Positions 27,414 to 36,457 are shown, numbered from the stretch's first letter. The stretch: 64,000 nucleotides of DNA from Akkermansia sp. (GCA_045644745.1 JAZRHL010000020.1:2998-66997); one strand, 5' to 3'. Notes: generated by a model from the letters alone, not told the origin. Made by a program: numbers and translations.

Positions 27414-28454
27414 ATGCTGAATCGTGAATTGCTTGAGCGCTGCAGCAATGCTGCGGGTGTGTCCGGGTTCGAGGGGCCGGTGCGTGATATCCTGGTCGCA
27501 GAACTGGGCGATATCTGTGATATTACCGAGACTGTTGCCGGTAATCTGGTGTGCCAGATGAAAGGCTCCGGGGATGGCCCCGTGGTGGCCTTGCTGGCCC
27601 ACATGGATGAGGTCGGCTTCATGGTGCAGGGGATAACCCCGGATGGCTTTCTGCTGATAGTGCCGCTCGGCGGGTGGTGGAACCACACCCTGCCTAGTCA
27701 GCGGGTATTGGTACACACACGCGACGGCCGGAGTATTCCCGGGCAGATTGGCACCAAGCCGCCCCACTTGCTGCCGGAGGCCCAGCGCCGGCAGGTAATG
27801 GAAAATGAATCCCTTTTCATCGATATCGGTGCCTCCAGTGCAGATGAAGTGGCGGCGTGCGGAATCCGCATTGGTTGTGCGGTGACTCCGGATGTTCAGC
27901 TGCAGCCTCTGGAGGTGCCCCACCGATGGATGGGTAAGGCTTTTGATAACCGCGCCGGAGTGTACTGCATGATTGAAGTGATGCGCCGCCTGGCCGGCGA
28001 AGAACTCGATTGTACGCTGCAGGCTATCGGTACGGTGCAGGAGGAGGTCGGTACCCGGGGCGCCCGGGCACTGGAGCAGACTCCGGACCTTGCCATTGTG
28101 CTGGAAGGTCCGCCTGCTGATGATACCTTCGGGCAGAGTGGTATTTGCCGCCAGGGAGTGCTGGGCAAGGGGGTGCAGGTACGCCTTTACGACCCCACGA
28201 ATATTACACCCCCGGCTCTGGTGGATACGGTTCTGGAACTGGCCGGGCGTGAACAGATAGCCTGCCAGCCCACGGTGCGCCGCACAGGTGGTACGGATGC
28301 CGCTGCGAGTTATCCTCACTGGTACGGATGCCCGGCCATTGTGTTTGGTGTGCCTGTGCGTTACATTCACTCGCACAATGGAATACTTGACGACCGCGAC
28401 CTGGAGGCCTGTGTTGAACTGACTTGCGCGCTGGTGCGCAGCGTGAGCAAATGA
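27414..28454 (+). CDS. M42 family metallopeptidase, copy 2
   Basis: AAGVSGFEGPVR..., LLAHMDEVGFMV, AFDNRAGV, VQEEVGTRGA motifs. Confidence 0.85.
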   Translation: MLNRELLERCSNAAGVSGFEGPVRDILVAELGDICDITETVAGNLVCQMKGSGDGPVVALLAHMDEVGFMVQGITPDGFLLIVPLGGWWNHTLPSQRVLVHTRDGRSIPGQIGTKPPHLLPEAQRRQVMENESLFIDIGASSADEVAACGIRIGCAVTPDVQLQPLEVPHRWMGKAFDNRAGVYCMIEVMRRLAGEELDCTLQAIGTVQEEVGTRGARALEQTPDLAIVLEGPPADDTFGQSGICRQGVLGKGVQVRLYDPTNITPPALVDTVLELAGREQIACQPTVRRTGGTDAAASYPHWYGCPAIVFGVPVRYIHSHNGILDDRDLEACVELTCALVRSVSK

Positions 28455-29395
28455 GCGGAAGGCAACGAGCGGAATGGGTGGATTGCTCCCGCCTGTTGGC
28501 CATGTTCTTCATCATCTGGCTGCATGCTAACGCAGCACCCGGATGGGTAGGCAAGGTGGTGGGGGGTGCTATAGCCTTGTTTTTTCTGCTTGCGGGGTAT
28601 TTTCTGCCAGCTTCAGCGGGCAAGGTGATGGAACGGACGGGGCGCCTGGCTCTGGCCTGGGGGCTGTGGTCGCTGCTCAGCGTGCTTTTCCTGCTGGTGG
28701 TGAAGCCATATGTGGATATATCTTGGCAGAGGGTCGTCGGCTGGGGGGTGGCGGCATATAATACGCCCCTGTGGTTTCTTAAAACTCTGGTAGCCTACCA
28801 GTTGGTGGCAGCCGGACTTATGGCAATGCGCCTGCTGCCGAGGTATATATGGGTGGCTGTGGTGTTTCTGGCGCTCTGCAGCTATACCACTTCGCCTTCG
28901 CAGCATCTGAGCGTGAGATTTGATTATCTGTGGATATTTCTGCTGGGCTTTGCTGCGAAGACTGCCCCGCTCGAGACGATATATGACTATATCCGCAGGA
29001 ACTGGTGGGTGTTGGTGCTGGTAGTGGTGGGTGTGTTCATGCAGCCTGAGTGTCTGGAGGAATATGCAGAGGAGGTGGATGCTTCGTGGAGGCATTGCAA
29101 TCTGCCGCTCAAGAGCCTGGCTTTCATGGCCTCGTTTATCATGGGCGGGGTATTGCTGCAGATGTGGCTGCCCCGTGCTGCTGGCCTGTTGGCTGGCTGT
29201 GGCCGGTGGATGCTGTTCATATATGCCGGGCATTCGTATGTGCTTTCGCCTTTGTACCAATGGAAAGGCAGTAGCTGGTGCTGGAATGTGTGGGTACCGG
29301 TTCTCGTGCTGCCGCTGATGGCACTTGCTGCCTGGTGGCTTGCCCAAAGATTTCCTCGGGCCATGGCTATTCTGCAGGCGCAGCGCTGTAAGTGA
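28451..29395 (+). CDS. Acyltransferase family 3 (OatA/NolL-like) membrane protein
   Basis: RAEWVDCSRLLAMFFIIWLHA, an acyltransferase_3-type N-terminus, and ~10 TM segments. The ATGA start/stop overlap with the M42 gene indicates translational coupling. Confidence 0.7.
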   Translation: MSGRQRAEWVDCSRLLAMFFIIWLHANAAPGWVGKVVGGAIALFFLLAGYFLPASAGKVMERTGRLALAWGLWSLLSVLFLLVVKPYVDISWQRVVGWGVAAYNTPLWFLKTLVAYQLVAAGLMAMRLLPRYIWVAVVFLALCSYTTSPSQHLSVRFDYLWIFLLGFAAKTAPLETIYDYIRRNWWVLVLVVVGVFMQPECLEEYAEEVDASWRHCNLPLKSLAFMASFIMGGVLLQMWLPRAAGLLAGCGRWMLFIYAGHSYVLSPLYQWKGSSWCWNVWVPVLVLPLMALAAWWLAQRFPRAMAILQAQRCK

Positions 29396-29401
29396 AATCG
29401 G

Positions 29402-29430
29402 TTGACCTGAGGGCGGAAACAGGGTATTAT
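29402..29430 (+). promoter_or_regulatory. Promoter TTGACC-17-TATTAT, 8 nt before the nrnA ATG
   Basis: Read directly. Confidence 0.6.
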
Positions 29431-29438
29431 ATTCCCAG

Positions 29439-30410
29439 ATGTACGAGGATTTATATTCACGCATTCAGCAGAGTGACACGATTGCCGTCACGTCCCATTT
29501 CCGGCCCGATGGCGATGCTATTGGTTCGACTCTTGCATTAGGGCTTGCTTTGCAGGCTATGGGCAAGAAAGTCTACATGTGGAATGAAGACGGGGTGCCG
29601 GCCCGCTATGCATTCCTGGAAGGAGCTGCTCAGATAGTGCCTGTGCCGGAGATGATACCGGCTGATCTGCAGATGCTCATTTGTGTGGATACGGGCGACT
29701 GGAAACGCCTGGGTGACCGCACGCAGAAGCTTTTTGCAGACTTTCCGCTGATCGTCAATATAGACCACCATGGCACTAACTCCCGCTACGGGCATGTGCA
29801 TGTGATTGAACCGGAAACGGCCGCCTGTGCATTTGTGCTTTTCAATGTGCTGAAATCCTGGGGTGTTAAGCTTACCAAAGCCATGGCAGACGCTCTCTAT
29901 GTGGGAATCAGCACGGATACAGGGTCGTTCCAGTATGGCAGCACCACGCCGGAGGTGATGTATGCTGCGGGTGAATTGCTTGCAGCCGGGGTGAATGTGG
30001 CAGATGTGAACCGCCGTGTGTACCAGGAAGTGCCCTATACCTCGCTGCTGATGCAGCGTGAGGTGCTGAACCACATGGTGGTGGAGGCTGAGGGAATGCT
30101 TGCTCACTACTCCATGCCTGCCGGCCGTAAGGCTGAGCTGGGTGTGGGTCTGGAAGATACCAAGGACCTGGTGGACGTGGTGCGGGTGCTGGAGGGTGTG
30201 CGTGTAGCAGTCATCTTTGAAGATTTGGAGGACGGGCGTATCCGTGTTTCCCTGCGCAGTAAGGATCCCGCCGTGAGTGTGGCTGCCGTGGCTTCCCAAT
30301 TCGGCGGTGGCGGTCATGCCATGGCCTCCGGTATACGCATGGCCGGGGAACTGGGGGATTGCCGTGAGCGTGTGCTGAGTGCCATCAGAAAGGAGCTGAG
30401 CCATGGCTGA
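29439..30410 (+). CDS. nrnA: DHH-family phosphoesterase (NrnA-type bifunctional oligoribonuclease / pAp phosphatase)
   Basis: SHFRPDGDAIGS, CVDTGD, NIDHH, and GGGGH in the DHHA1 part. Confidence 0.85.
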   Translation: MYEDLYSRIQQSDTIAVTSHFRPDGDAIGSTLALGLALQAMGKKVYMWNEDGVPARYAFLEGAAQIVPVPEMIPADLQMLICVDTGDWKRLGDRTQKLFADFPLIVNIDHHGTNSRYGHVHVIEPETAACAFVLFNVLKSWGVKLTKAMADALYVGISTDTGSFQYGSTTPEVMYAAGELLAAGVNVADVNRRVYQEVPYTSLLMQREVLNHMVVEAEGMLAHYSMPAGRKAELGVGLEDTKDLVDVVRVLEGVRVAVIFEDLEDGRIRVSLRSKDPAVSVAAVASQFGGGGHAMASGIRMAGELGDCRERVLSAIRKELSHG

Positions 30411-31122
30411 TGCCCCTAGTGGAGTGCTGCTGGTGGACAAGGATCAGGGATTCACTTCGCACAACGCGGTGGCTCTCTGCCGGCGTGTGCTGCAGACCAA
30501 GAAGGTGGGGCATTGCGGTACACTGGATCCCATGGCTACGGGCATGCTGATTGTGGTGATTGGCAAGGCCACAAAGATGCAGGACCTGCTGATGTGCGAG
30601 GATAAGGTCTACACCGCCACGATGAAGCTGGGCGTGGAGACCAATAGCCAGGATGCCGATGGTGAGGTAGTGGCAGAGAAGCCGACGGATGACTTGACTG
30701 AAGATGCGATCCGCGCTGCATTTGAACATTTTAATGGCGAGTTTGACCAGGTGCCGCCCATGTATTCGGCGGTCAAGATAAACGGGGTGCCCTGCTACAA
30801 ACTGGCCCGGAAGGGTAAGGAGGTGGAGCGCAAGGCCCGCCATGTGGCAGTGCTGGATTACGAAATTACCCGCATTGACCTGGTTGCTGCTGAGGTTGAT
30901 TTCACCGTGCACTGCACCAAGGGGTTCTATGTGCGCACCTATGCACACGATATTGGCCAGCTTCTGGGCTGCGGTGCGCACCTTACGGCACTGCGCCGCA
31001 TACGCAGTGGTAAGTTTGATATTTCCGAGGCGGTGGATGTGCCTGCTCTGAAGGCTGCGGGGCGGGATGAGCTGCTGTCCCGCCTGCTGCCGGTAGAAAA
31101 AGTGCTGTCAGACCGTTCCTGA
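30403..31122 (+). CDS. truB: tRNA pseudouridine(55) synthase
   Basis: GVLLVDKDQGFTSH..., GHCGTLDPMATGMLIV catalytic Asp motif. Confidence 0.93.
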   Translation: MADAPSGVLLVDKDQGFTSHNAVALCRRVLQTKKVGHCGTLDPMATGMLIVVIGKATKMQDLLMCEDKVYTATMKLGVETNSQDADGEVVAEKPTDDLTEDAIRAAFEHFNGEFDQVPPMYSAVKINGVPCYKLARKGKEVERKARHVAVLDYEITRIDLVAAEVDFTVHCTKGFYVRTYAHDIGQLLGCGAHLTALRRIRSGKFDISEAVDVPALKAAGRDELLSRLLPVEKVLSDRS

Positions 31123-31127
31123 TTCTT

Positions 31128-32030
31128 ATGCTGATTATGCATTCCATGGAGGAGCTTGCAGCAGTGCACCAGCCGGTGCACTGGGCTATGGGTTTCTTTG
31201 ATGGTGTGCATCGCGGTCACCAACGGGTGATAGGCTCGGCGGATACGCCGGGCAGCCTGCGCGGTGTGCTTACCTTTGCGGAGCATCCGCTGGCGATATT
31301 GGCGCCTCAGAAACAGCCCGGACTGATTACTCCTGATGTGGAGCAGAAACGCGCCCTGCTGGAAGCTGCCGGGGTGCAGGTACTGCTGGAGCTGCCTTTT
31401 ACAGCGGAGCTTGCTTCCACGGGCCCCCGGGAGTTTCTGGATGCCCTGAGAACGGCATGCCCCATAGCGGGTGTTTCGGTGGGGCGTAACTGGCATTTCG
31501 GCAGGGGCGGCGCAGGTAATGCTGATTTTGTGGAGTCCTATGCTGCAGAGTTCGGCCTGCGTGCTTGTGTGCAGGATATGGCAGAGCATGAGGGGGAGCG
31601 TATTTGCTCAACCCGCATCCGAGCGTTGCTTGCAGAGGGAAATCTTCTGCTTGCTCAGATTATGCTGGGGCATACCTTCAGTATAGTCGGCACTGTAGAG
31701 CAGGGGCAAAAACTCGCCCGCCAGCTGGGATTCCCCACGGCTAATATGAGGGTGATGCCGAATGCTGCGCTGCCGACTTTCGGGGTATATGAGATTCAGG
31801 CCTGGGTCAATGGCGAATTGTGCCGAGGTATTGCAAATCTCGGAGTTCGGCCTACGATAGATGAAGTCCGGAAGGTGGCCCGACTGGAAACCCACCTGAT
31901 TGGTTGGCAGGGGAATTTATACGGGCGCAGAATGCAGGTGGAATTACTGCGGTTTCTACGCCCGGAAAAGAGATTCGGGGCTGTGGAGGAACTCCGCGCT
32001 CAGATAGCGGCGGATATTCAGATGCTGTGA
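31128..32030 (+). CDS. ribF: Bifunctional riboflavin kinase / FMN adenylyltransferase
   Basis: GFFDGVHRGHQ..., the C-terminal kinase motif GFPTAN...G(V)Y, and LRPE(K)RF. Confidence 0.93.
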   Translation: MLIMHSMEELAAVHQPVHWAMGFFDGVHRGHQRVIGSADTPGSLRGVLTFAEHPLAILAPQKQPGLITPDVEQKRALLEAAGVQVLLELPFTAELASTGPREFLDALRTACPIAGVSVGRNWHFGRGGAGNADFVESYAAEFGLRACVQDMAEHEGERICSTRIRALLAEGNLLLAQIMLGHTFSIVGTVEQGQKLARQLGFPTANMRVMPNAALPTFGVYEIQAWVNGELCRGIANLGVRPTIDEVRKVARLETHLIGWQGNLYGRRMQVELLRFLRPEKRFGAVEELRAQIAADIQML

Positions 32031-32800
32031 TTCACGGCAAATTGCTCACCCAGCTTGTGTGAGGTGGCAATGGCGTTCGCAATGTAGTTGAGCCCGTTTT
32101 CCACGGCCTGCTCGAGAGGCTGTCCCTTTGCCAGGAATGCAGTGATGGCGCTGGACAGTGTGCAGCCGGTGCCGTGGGTGGAGATGCCCTCTGTGCGGGG
32201 ATGGCTCCAGCGGAGTGTCGGCTTGCCGGGCTGTACCAGAATATCGGTGCAGGTGCTGCCGCCAACGTGGCCACCCTTGGCCAGAATGGCGCAGCCGTAG
32301 CGGCTGCAGAGCTTTTCGGCTGCGGCTTCCAGTTCTTCCTCTGTGGTGATGGGTCCTGTGCCGGCCAGCTTGGCGAGCTCATCGCCATTGGGGGTGAGCA
32401 GGGTGGTGCGGGGAATAAGCACTTCCTCGTATACGGCAATGGCTTCCTGCAGAATGAGTGCCTCACCCGCGGTGGCTATCATGACCGGGTCAACCACGAT
32501 GGGGCCTTCAAAGCCTTCCAGAGCTGCCACGGTAGCGCGCACGATTTCCGGCGAGTAAAGCATGCCGGTCTTGACTGCCTTGACCGGGAAGCTGCGCAGG
32601 CAGATGCCCACCTGGGATGCTACAAAACCGGGTTCCATGGCCACGATGTCTTCTACCAGCCCCGGAACTTCGCTCACAACACAGGTAACGGCAGTGAGGG
32701 GATAGCAACCCAGGGCAAACCCCGTCTTGAGGTCTGCCTGAAGTCCCGCTCCGGCGGAACAGTCTGAACCTGCAATGCTGATATAGACCGGAGCTTCCAT
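32018..32800 (-). CDS. thiD: Hydroxymethylpyrimidine / phosphomethylpyrimidine kinase
   Basis: SIAGSDCSAGAGLQADLKT..., GTGCTLSSAI motifs. Confidence 0.9.
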   Translation of the reverse strand: MEAPVYISIAGSDCSAGAGLQADLKTGFALGCYPLTAVTCVVSEVPGLVEDIVAMEPGFVASQVGICLRSFPVKAVKTGMLYSPEIVRATVAALEGFEGPIVVDPVMIATAGEALILQEAIAVYEEVLIPRTTLLTPNGDELAKLAGTGPITTEEELEAAAEKLCSRYGCAILAKGGHVGGSTCTDILVQPGKPTLRWSHPRTEGISTHGTGCTLSSAITAFLAKGQPLEQAVENGLNYIANAIATSHKLGEQFAVNHSI

Positions 32801-32806
32801 CGTGTG

Positions 32807-34216
32807 TTACTTGAATGCTTTTTCGAGAGCGGATGCAGCCTGAAGCAGACGCGTTTCGGCGAAGTGGGGAGCCAGCAGCTGGATGCCCACAGGGTGTGCG
32901 CCTGCTTCCACGGGGCAGGGAATGGAAATGCCGGGAAGACCTGCCAGATTGGCCGGGATGGTGTAGATGTCTGCCAGGTAGGTCTGCAGCGGGGTCATGC
33001 TGTCATCGTTGAGCTTCGGGGCGCTGGTGGGTGCCACAGGCCCCAGGATGAGATCCACCTTGTCGAATGCTGCAGCAAAGTCGCCTGCCACCAGGGAGCG
33101 CACTTTCTGAGCCTTGGCGTAGTAGGCATCGTAGAAGCCGCTGGAGAGCACATAGGTGCCCAGAATGATGCGGCGCTTCACTTCGGGACCGAATCCGGTT
33201 TCTCGGGTCTTGCTGTAGAGATCGTCCAGCCCGTTCGTGCCGGAGGCGCGGAATCCGTAGCGGATGCCGTCGAATCGGGAGAGGTTGGAGGATGCCTCGG
33301 CGCAGGCAATGATGTAGTAGGCGGCAACTACAGCTTCTGCATGCGGCAGGGAGATTTCGACGATTTCGGCACCGAGGTCGGTGAGCTTCTGAATGCTTTG
33401 CTGCAGGGCTGCTGCTACGGCGGGGCTGTTACCGGAGGAAAGGTATTCCTTGGGCAGACCAATGCGCATACCCTTGATATCCTTGCCAAGAGCGGCTGCA
33501 AAGTCTTCTGTGGCTACTGTGGAGGATGTGGAATCCTTGGCATCGTGGCCGCAGATGGCGTTGAGAATGGTGGCGGCGTCTTCCACATTCTGCGTGATGG
33601 GGCCAATCTGGTCGAGAGATGAGGCAAAGGCCACCAGACCATAGCGTGACACGCGGCCGTAGGTCGGCTTGATGCCGACTACACCGCAGTGAGAAGCCGG
33701 CTGACGGATGGAGCCACCGGTATCGGAGCCGAGGGCTGCGATGGCCATGCCGCCCGCAACGGCTGCGGCAGAACCACTGGAGGAGCCACCGGGAACATGG
33801 CCGGGTGCTGAGGGGTTCTGAGTTTCACCGAATGCGGAGTTCTGGCCATAGGAGCCCATGGCGAACTCGTCCATATTGGTGCGGCCAAAAGGAATGGCAC
33901 CGGCTGCGCTGAGTTTGCAGATGGCAGTGGCGTCGTAGGGGGAGACAAAGGATTCCAGCATGCGGGAAGCGCAGCGGGTAGGCTGCCCCTGCATGGCGAT
34001 ATTATCCTTGATGGCAATGGGAATGCCACCTAGCGGCTTGCTGATATCGGCATGCGCGGCAGCTGCGAGAGCGGCGTCCTTATCCCAGGAAATGTAGGCA
34101 TTGGTGCCGGGGTTGCGCTGCTCCATGGTGCGTGCAACTTCCTCGACCAGTTCGGTGGGGCTGATGGCGCCTGTTGTAAGCTGGTGACGCCAGTGGGAGA
34201 TGGTTCCGATGAGCAT
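32807..34216 (-). CDS. gatA: Glu-tRNA(Gln)/Asp-tRNA(Asn) amidotransferase subunit A
   Basis: Amidase signature GGSSSGSAAAVA...DTGGSIRQPA. Confidence 0.95.
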   Translation of the reverse strand: MLIGTISHWRHQLTTGAISPTELVEEVARTMEQRNPGTNAYISWDKDAALAAAAHADISKPLGGIPIAIKDNIAMQGQPTRCASRMLESFVSPYDATAICKLSAAGAIPFGRTNMDEFAMGSYGQNSAFGETQNPSAPGHVPGGSSSGSAAAVAGGMAIAALGSDTGGSIRQPASHCGVVGIKPTYGRVSRYGLVAFASSLDQIGPITQNVEDAATILNAICGHDAKDSTSSTVATEDFAAALGKDIKGMRIGLPKEYLSSGNSPAVAAALQQSIQKLTDLGAEIVEISLPHAEAVVAAYYIIACAEASSNLSRFDGIRYGFRASGTNGLDDLYSKTRETGFGPEVKRRIILGTYVLSSGFYDAYYAKAQKVRSLVAGDFAAAFDKVDLILGPVAPTSAPKLNDDSMTPLQTYLADIYTIPANLAGLPGISIPCPVEAGAHPVGIQLLAPHFAETRLLQAASALEKAFK

Positions 34217-34234
34217 GGCTTGTTCTGGAAAGTA

Positions 34235-34534
34235 TTAGTGTGCGGATTCTACAACCTTGGGCACGCGGAACTGCCCTTCTTCCTGAGCGGGGGCATTGGA
34301 CAAGGCGGCTTCATTGCTCAGGCTTGTGCCGGGGATGTCCTCCCGGAGTGCGTTGTATACCGGCAGCGGATGGTACATGGGTTCAACACCCTCGGTGTCC
34401 CACTGACCAAGCTGCTCTACGTATGACAGCACCTGGTTGAGGTCTTCAGAAAAACGGGAGGTCTCTTCCTCTGTGAGTTCGAGTTTTGCAAGTTTTGCGA
34501 TGTATGCAACATCGATACGCGTGTTCTGTTCCAT
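34235..34534 (-). CDS. gatC: Glu-tRNA(Gln)/Asp-tRNA(Asn) amidotransferase subunit C
   Basis: 99 aa directly upstream of gatA. IDVAYIAKLAKLELTEEE... is a typical GatC start. Confidence 0.9.
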   Translation of the reverse strand: MEQNTRIDVAYIAKLAKLELTEEETSRFSEDLNQVLSYVEQLGQWDTEGVEPMYHPLPVYNALREDIPGTSLSNEAALSNAPAQEEGQFRVPKVVESAH

Positions 34535-34546
34535 GGTGTCGGTTTC

Positions 34547-34846
34547 TTAGTTGGTGAGCAGGTACATGGTAAGCGAGAAAAGACCCCAGATAGATAAGGC
34601 AAGTGCCGCCAGAATGAAGAGGTTTTCCAGCAGGAGATTGCGGTTTTCGGGGGCGGTTCCTGTAATGGTGACTCTGTTGCGCTTCAGCCCTTTACGACGT
34701 TCAAGCACATCCTCCTGAGGCCCAAGTGTATTGGCCGGATAGCGGCGCTGGTAGTCGCGGCGGGGCCTGCTGCTGCCTGTCTGGCGCATGTTGCGGCGCA
34801 GTTCCAGCTCGCGGAGGCGGTCGTAGGATGAGTTGTCGTATGGCAT
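34547..34846 (-). CDS. Small tail-anchored membrane protein, basic N-part
   Basis: 99 aa. Arg-rich soluble part, then a single C-terminal TM (LFILAALALSIWGLFSLTMYLL). Tightly packed upstream of gatC. Confidence 0.55.
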   Translation of the reverse strand: MPYDNSSYDRLRELELRRNMRQTGSSRPRRDYQRRYPANTLGPQEDVLERRKGLKRNRVTITGTAPENRNLLLENLFILAALALSIWGLFSLTMYLLTN

Positions 34847-34876
34847 GGTGTTCAGTAAGTAGAGAAAGAAAAAGTA

Positions 34877-35500
34877 TCAGTTGCGTGTGGCCAGCATGTA
34901 AATGCCCCATGTTGCCAGTAGCAGTATAAACAAGGGCAGGTGAAAGAAGAAGCCTTTGACTAGCTCTGCGCGCATGTGGTCCCAGGTCGTTTTAATGCGT
35001 GAATCCACGCCGGGCTTATGCCGGAACACTTGAGTGTGCCGATAGTGCGATGCCCCGGCGTATGCTTCTTCAAAATCGTTTTCCGCACGTTCCAATTTAG
35101 GCATTGCTTCCCGGAGCCGGTCGTTGAATCCTTCTGTGCTCCAGTTCTGAGGCTGCATTGACGAGAGAATCTGCAGATGGCGCTTCAGGCATTCATTTAC
35201 CTGCGCTACTTCGCTGTGTTCCCGCTTCATGGACTCAAGCTCTTTCTCCAATCTCCTCACCGCGTTGTGCAATTTCATGCCTATTTCATTAAGGCTATCG
35301 TTGAAAAGCACTTTTTTTTCGTTGCTCTCTTCCAATTCGCGGCGCTGCGCTTCCCATTGGTCACGTTGGGCTTCGTAGAACTCTGCCTGCTGTCTTGCCT
35401 GCTCAACCTGTTGCCATACCTGTTCAGGCGAATGCATCTCCCCATCGGCCATGCGAGGATTCAATTCCATTTGGCGATAGGGTGTGGATTGCTTCATCAT
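34877..35500 (-). CDS. Coiled-coil tail-anchored membrane protein
   Basis: 207 aa. A Q/E/R heptad-like region (QQVEQARQQAEFYEAQRDQWEAQRRELEE) and one C-terminal TM (FFFHLPLFILLLATWGIYML). Confidence 0.6.
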   Translation of the reverse strand: MMKQSTPYRQMELNPRMADGEMHSPEQVWQQVEQARQQAEFYEAQRDQWEAQRRELEESNEKKVLFNDSLNEIGMKLHNAVRRLEKELESMKREHSEVAQVNECLKRHLQILSSMQPQNWSTEGFNDRLREAMPKLERAENDFEEAYAGASHYRHTQVFRHKPGVDSRIKTTWDHMRAELVKGFFFHLPLFILLLATWGIYMLATRN

Positions 35501-35571
35501 GGCAGATTTGTTTAGGGAAAGTTAAATGTTTCGTGCTGGATTGTCAAGCTTATATGTAGAAATCAGGTACT

Positions 35572-35602
35572 AAAAACGGCAGAGGCGACTGGCGTCTCTG
35601 CC
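35572..35602 (-). terminator. Intrinsic terminator after tRNA-Gly(CCC)
   Basis: GGCAGAG(ACGCC)...(GGCGT)CTCTGCC hairpin, followed on the minus strand by GTTTTTAG. Confidence 0.7.
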
Positions 35603-35611
35603 GTAGGTCAG

Positions 35612-35682
35612 TACGGGCGACGGGAATCGAACCCGTGTCTCATGCTTGGGAAGCACGCGTCCTACCATTGAACGACGCCCGC
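35612..35682 (-). tRNA. tRNA-Gly (anticodon CCC)
   Basis: Hand-folded cloverleaf: acceptor GCGGGCG/CGCCCGT, D-arm GTTC..GGAC, anticodon loop TTCCCAA, T-arm ACGGG-TTCGATT-CCCGT. No encoded CCA. Confidence 0.9.
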
Positions 35683-35697
35683 ATGTGGTGCGCGCAG

Positions 35698-35726
35698 ATT
35701 CTAGCGCTGGAGGCCCAATCTGTCAA
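35698..35726 (-). promoter_or_regulatory. Consensus promoter TTGACA-17-TAGAAT for tRNA-Gly(CCC)
   Basis: Reverse complement of 35721..35726 and 35698..35703. 15 nt to the mature tRNA 5' end. Confidence 0.7.
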
Positions 35727-35806
35727 GCAAAAAGCGAAAAATATAAAAATGTATCACATTTGGCTTGCAAACGGGGGGTAGGTTGTGATATAGGTATACC
35801 CACAGC

Positions 35807-35877
35807 GCGGGTATAGCTTAATGGTAAAGCTCCAGCCTTCCAAGCTGATCATGCGGGTTCGATTCCCGCTACCCGCT
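35807..35877 (+). tRNA. tRNA-Gly (anticodon TCC)
   Basis: Acceptor GCGGGTA/TACCCGC, D-arm GCTT..AAGC, anticodon loop CTTCCAA, T-arm GCGGG-TTCGATT-CCCGC. The track ORF 35821.. overlaps it spuriously. Confidence 0.9.
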
Positions 35878-35898
35878 TACCTTAACCAACATGCGCGT

Positions 35899-36426
35899 AT
35901 GAAAAAGGTTCTTTCCATGATTTTGCTGGCCGGTGTGTTAAGCGGCCCTGTTTATGCTGCCGATGTGCAGTCCGTGGCGGCTAAGGCCGCAACGTCAGGA
36001 GTGTCTATCGATGCTCTGAGTATGGCAGTTTACGAGGCAGTGAAGGCTGATCCTCAGAGTGCGGTTGAAGTATTCCGAGCTGTGATGGAAAAGCGAAACG
36101 GAAGTGTCACGGAGACGTATGCAGTGCTTCGTGCTGTTCTGTTGGCTTCTCCGTCTCTCGAAAGTGAGTTTGTTAAGGCTGCATCTTCTCCTCAGACTGT
36201 AGGTTCTACGCTGGGTCAGCAGCTCCTCGAGACTCTGTATTCCATGTCTCAGACCTCCGCAGTTGCGACTACGGTAGTGCAGGGTGTGGTTGGTAGCTCT
36301 TCGGTTGGGAATGGAGTGCCGTCTGCTGCTTTGGATGCCTATGTGCCCGCAGTTCCGACGGCTCCGTCAGCTTCCCCCGAATATACAGTGACCCCGACTC
36401 CGCCTCCCACTTCGGCGAACAACTGA
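35899..36426 (+). CDS. Secreted Ala/Ser/Val-rich protein with a Pro-rich C-terminus. First ORF of the polysaccharide export cluster
   Basis: Start at ATG 35899 (MKKVLSMILLAGVLSGPVYA signal peptide), 21 nt after the tRNA 3' end. Confidence 0.6.
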   Translation: MKKVLSMILLAGVLSGPVYAADVQSVAAKAATSGVSIDALSMAVYEAVKADPQSAVEVFRAVMEKRNGSVTETYAVLRAVLLASPSLESEFVKAASSPQTVGSTLGQQLLETLYSMSQTSAVATTVVQGVVGSSSVGNGVPSAALDAYVPAVPTAPSASPEYTVTPTPPPTSANN

Positions 36427-36457
36427 TGGGTGTTGTTGCGGAAAGTGTATTGATAAT

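Noticed and set aside
35821-35898. 5' extension of ORF 35821..36426 (MVKLQPSKLIMRVRF...).
   Set aside because: It is the translation of tRNA-Gly(TCC). The real start is ATG 35899, which begins a signal peptide.
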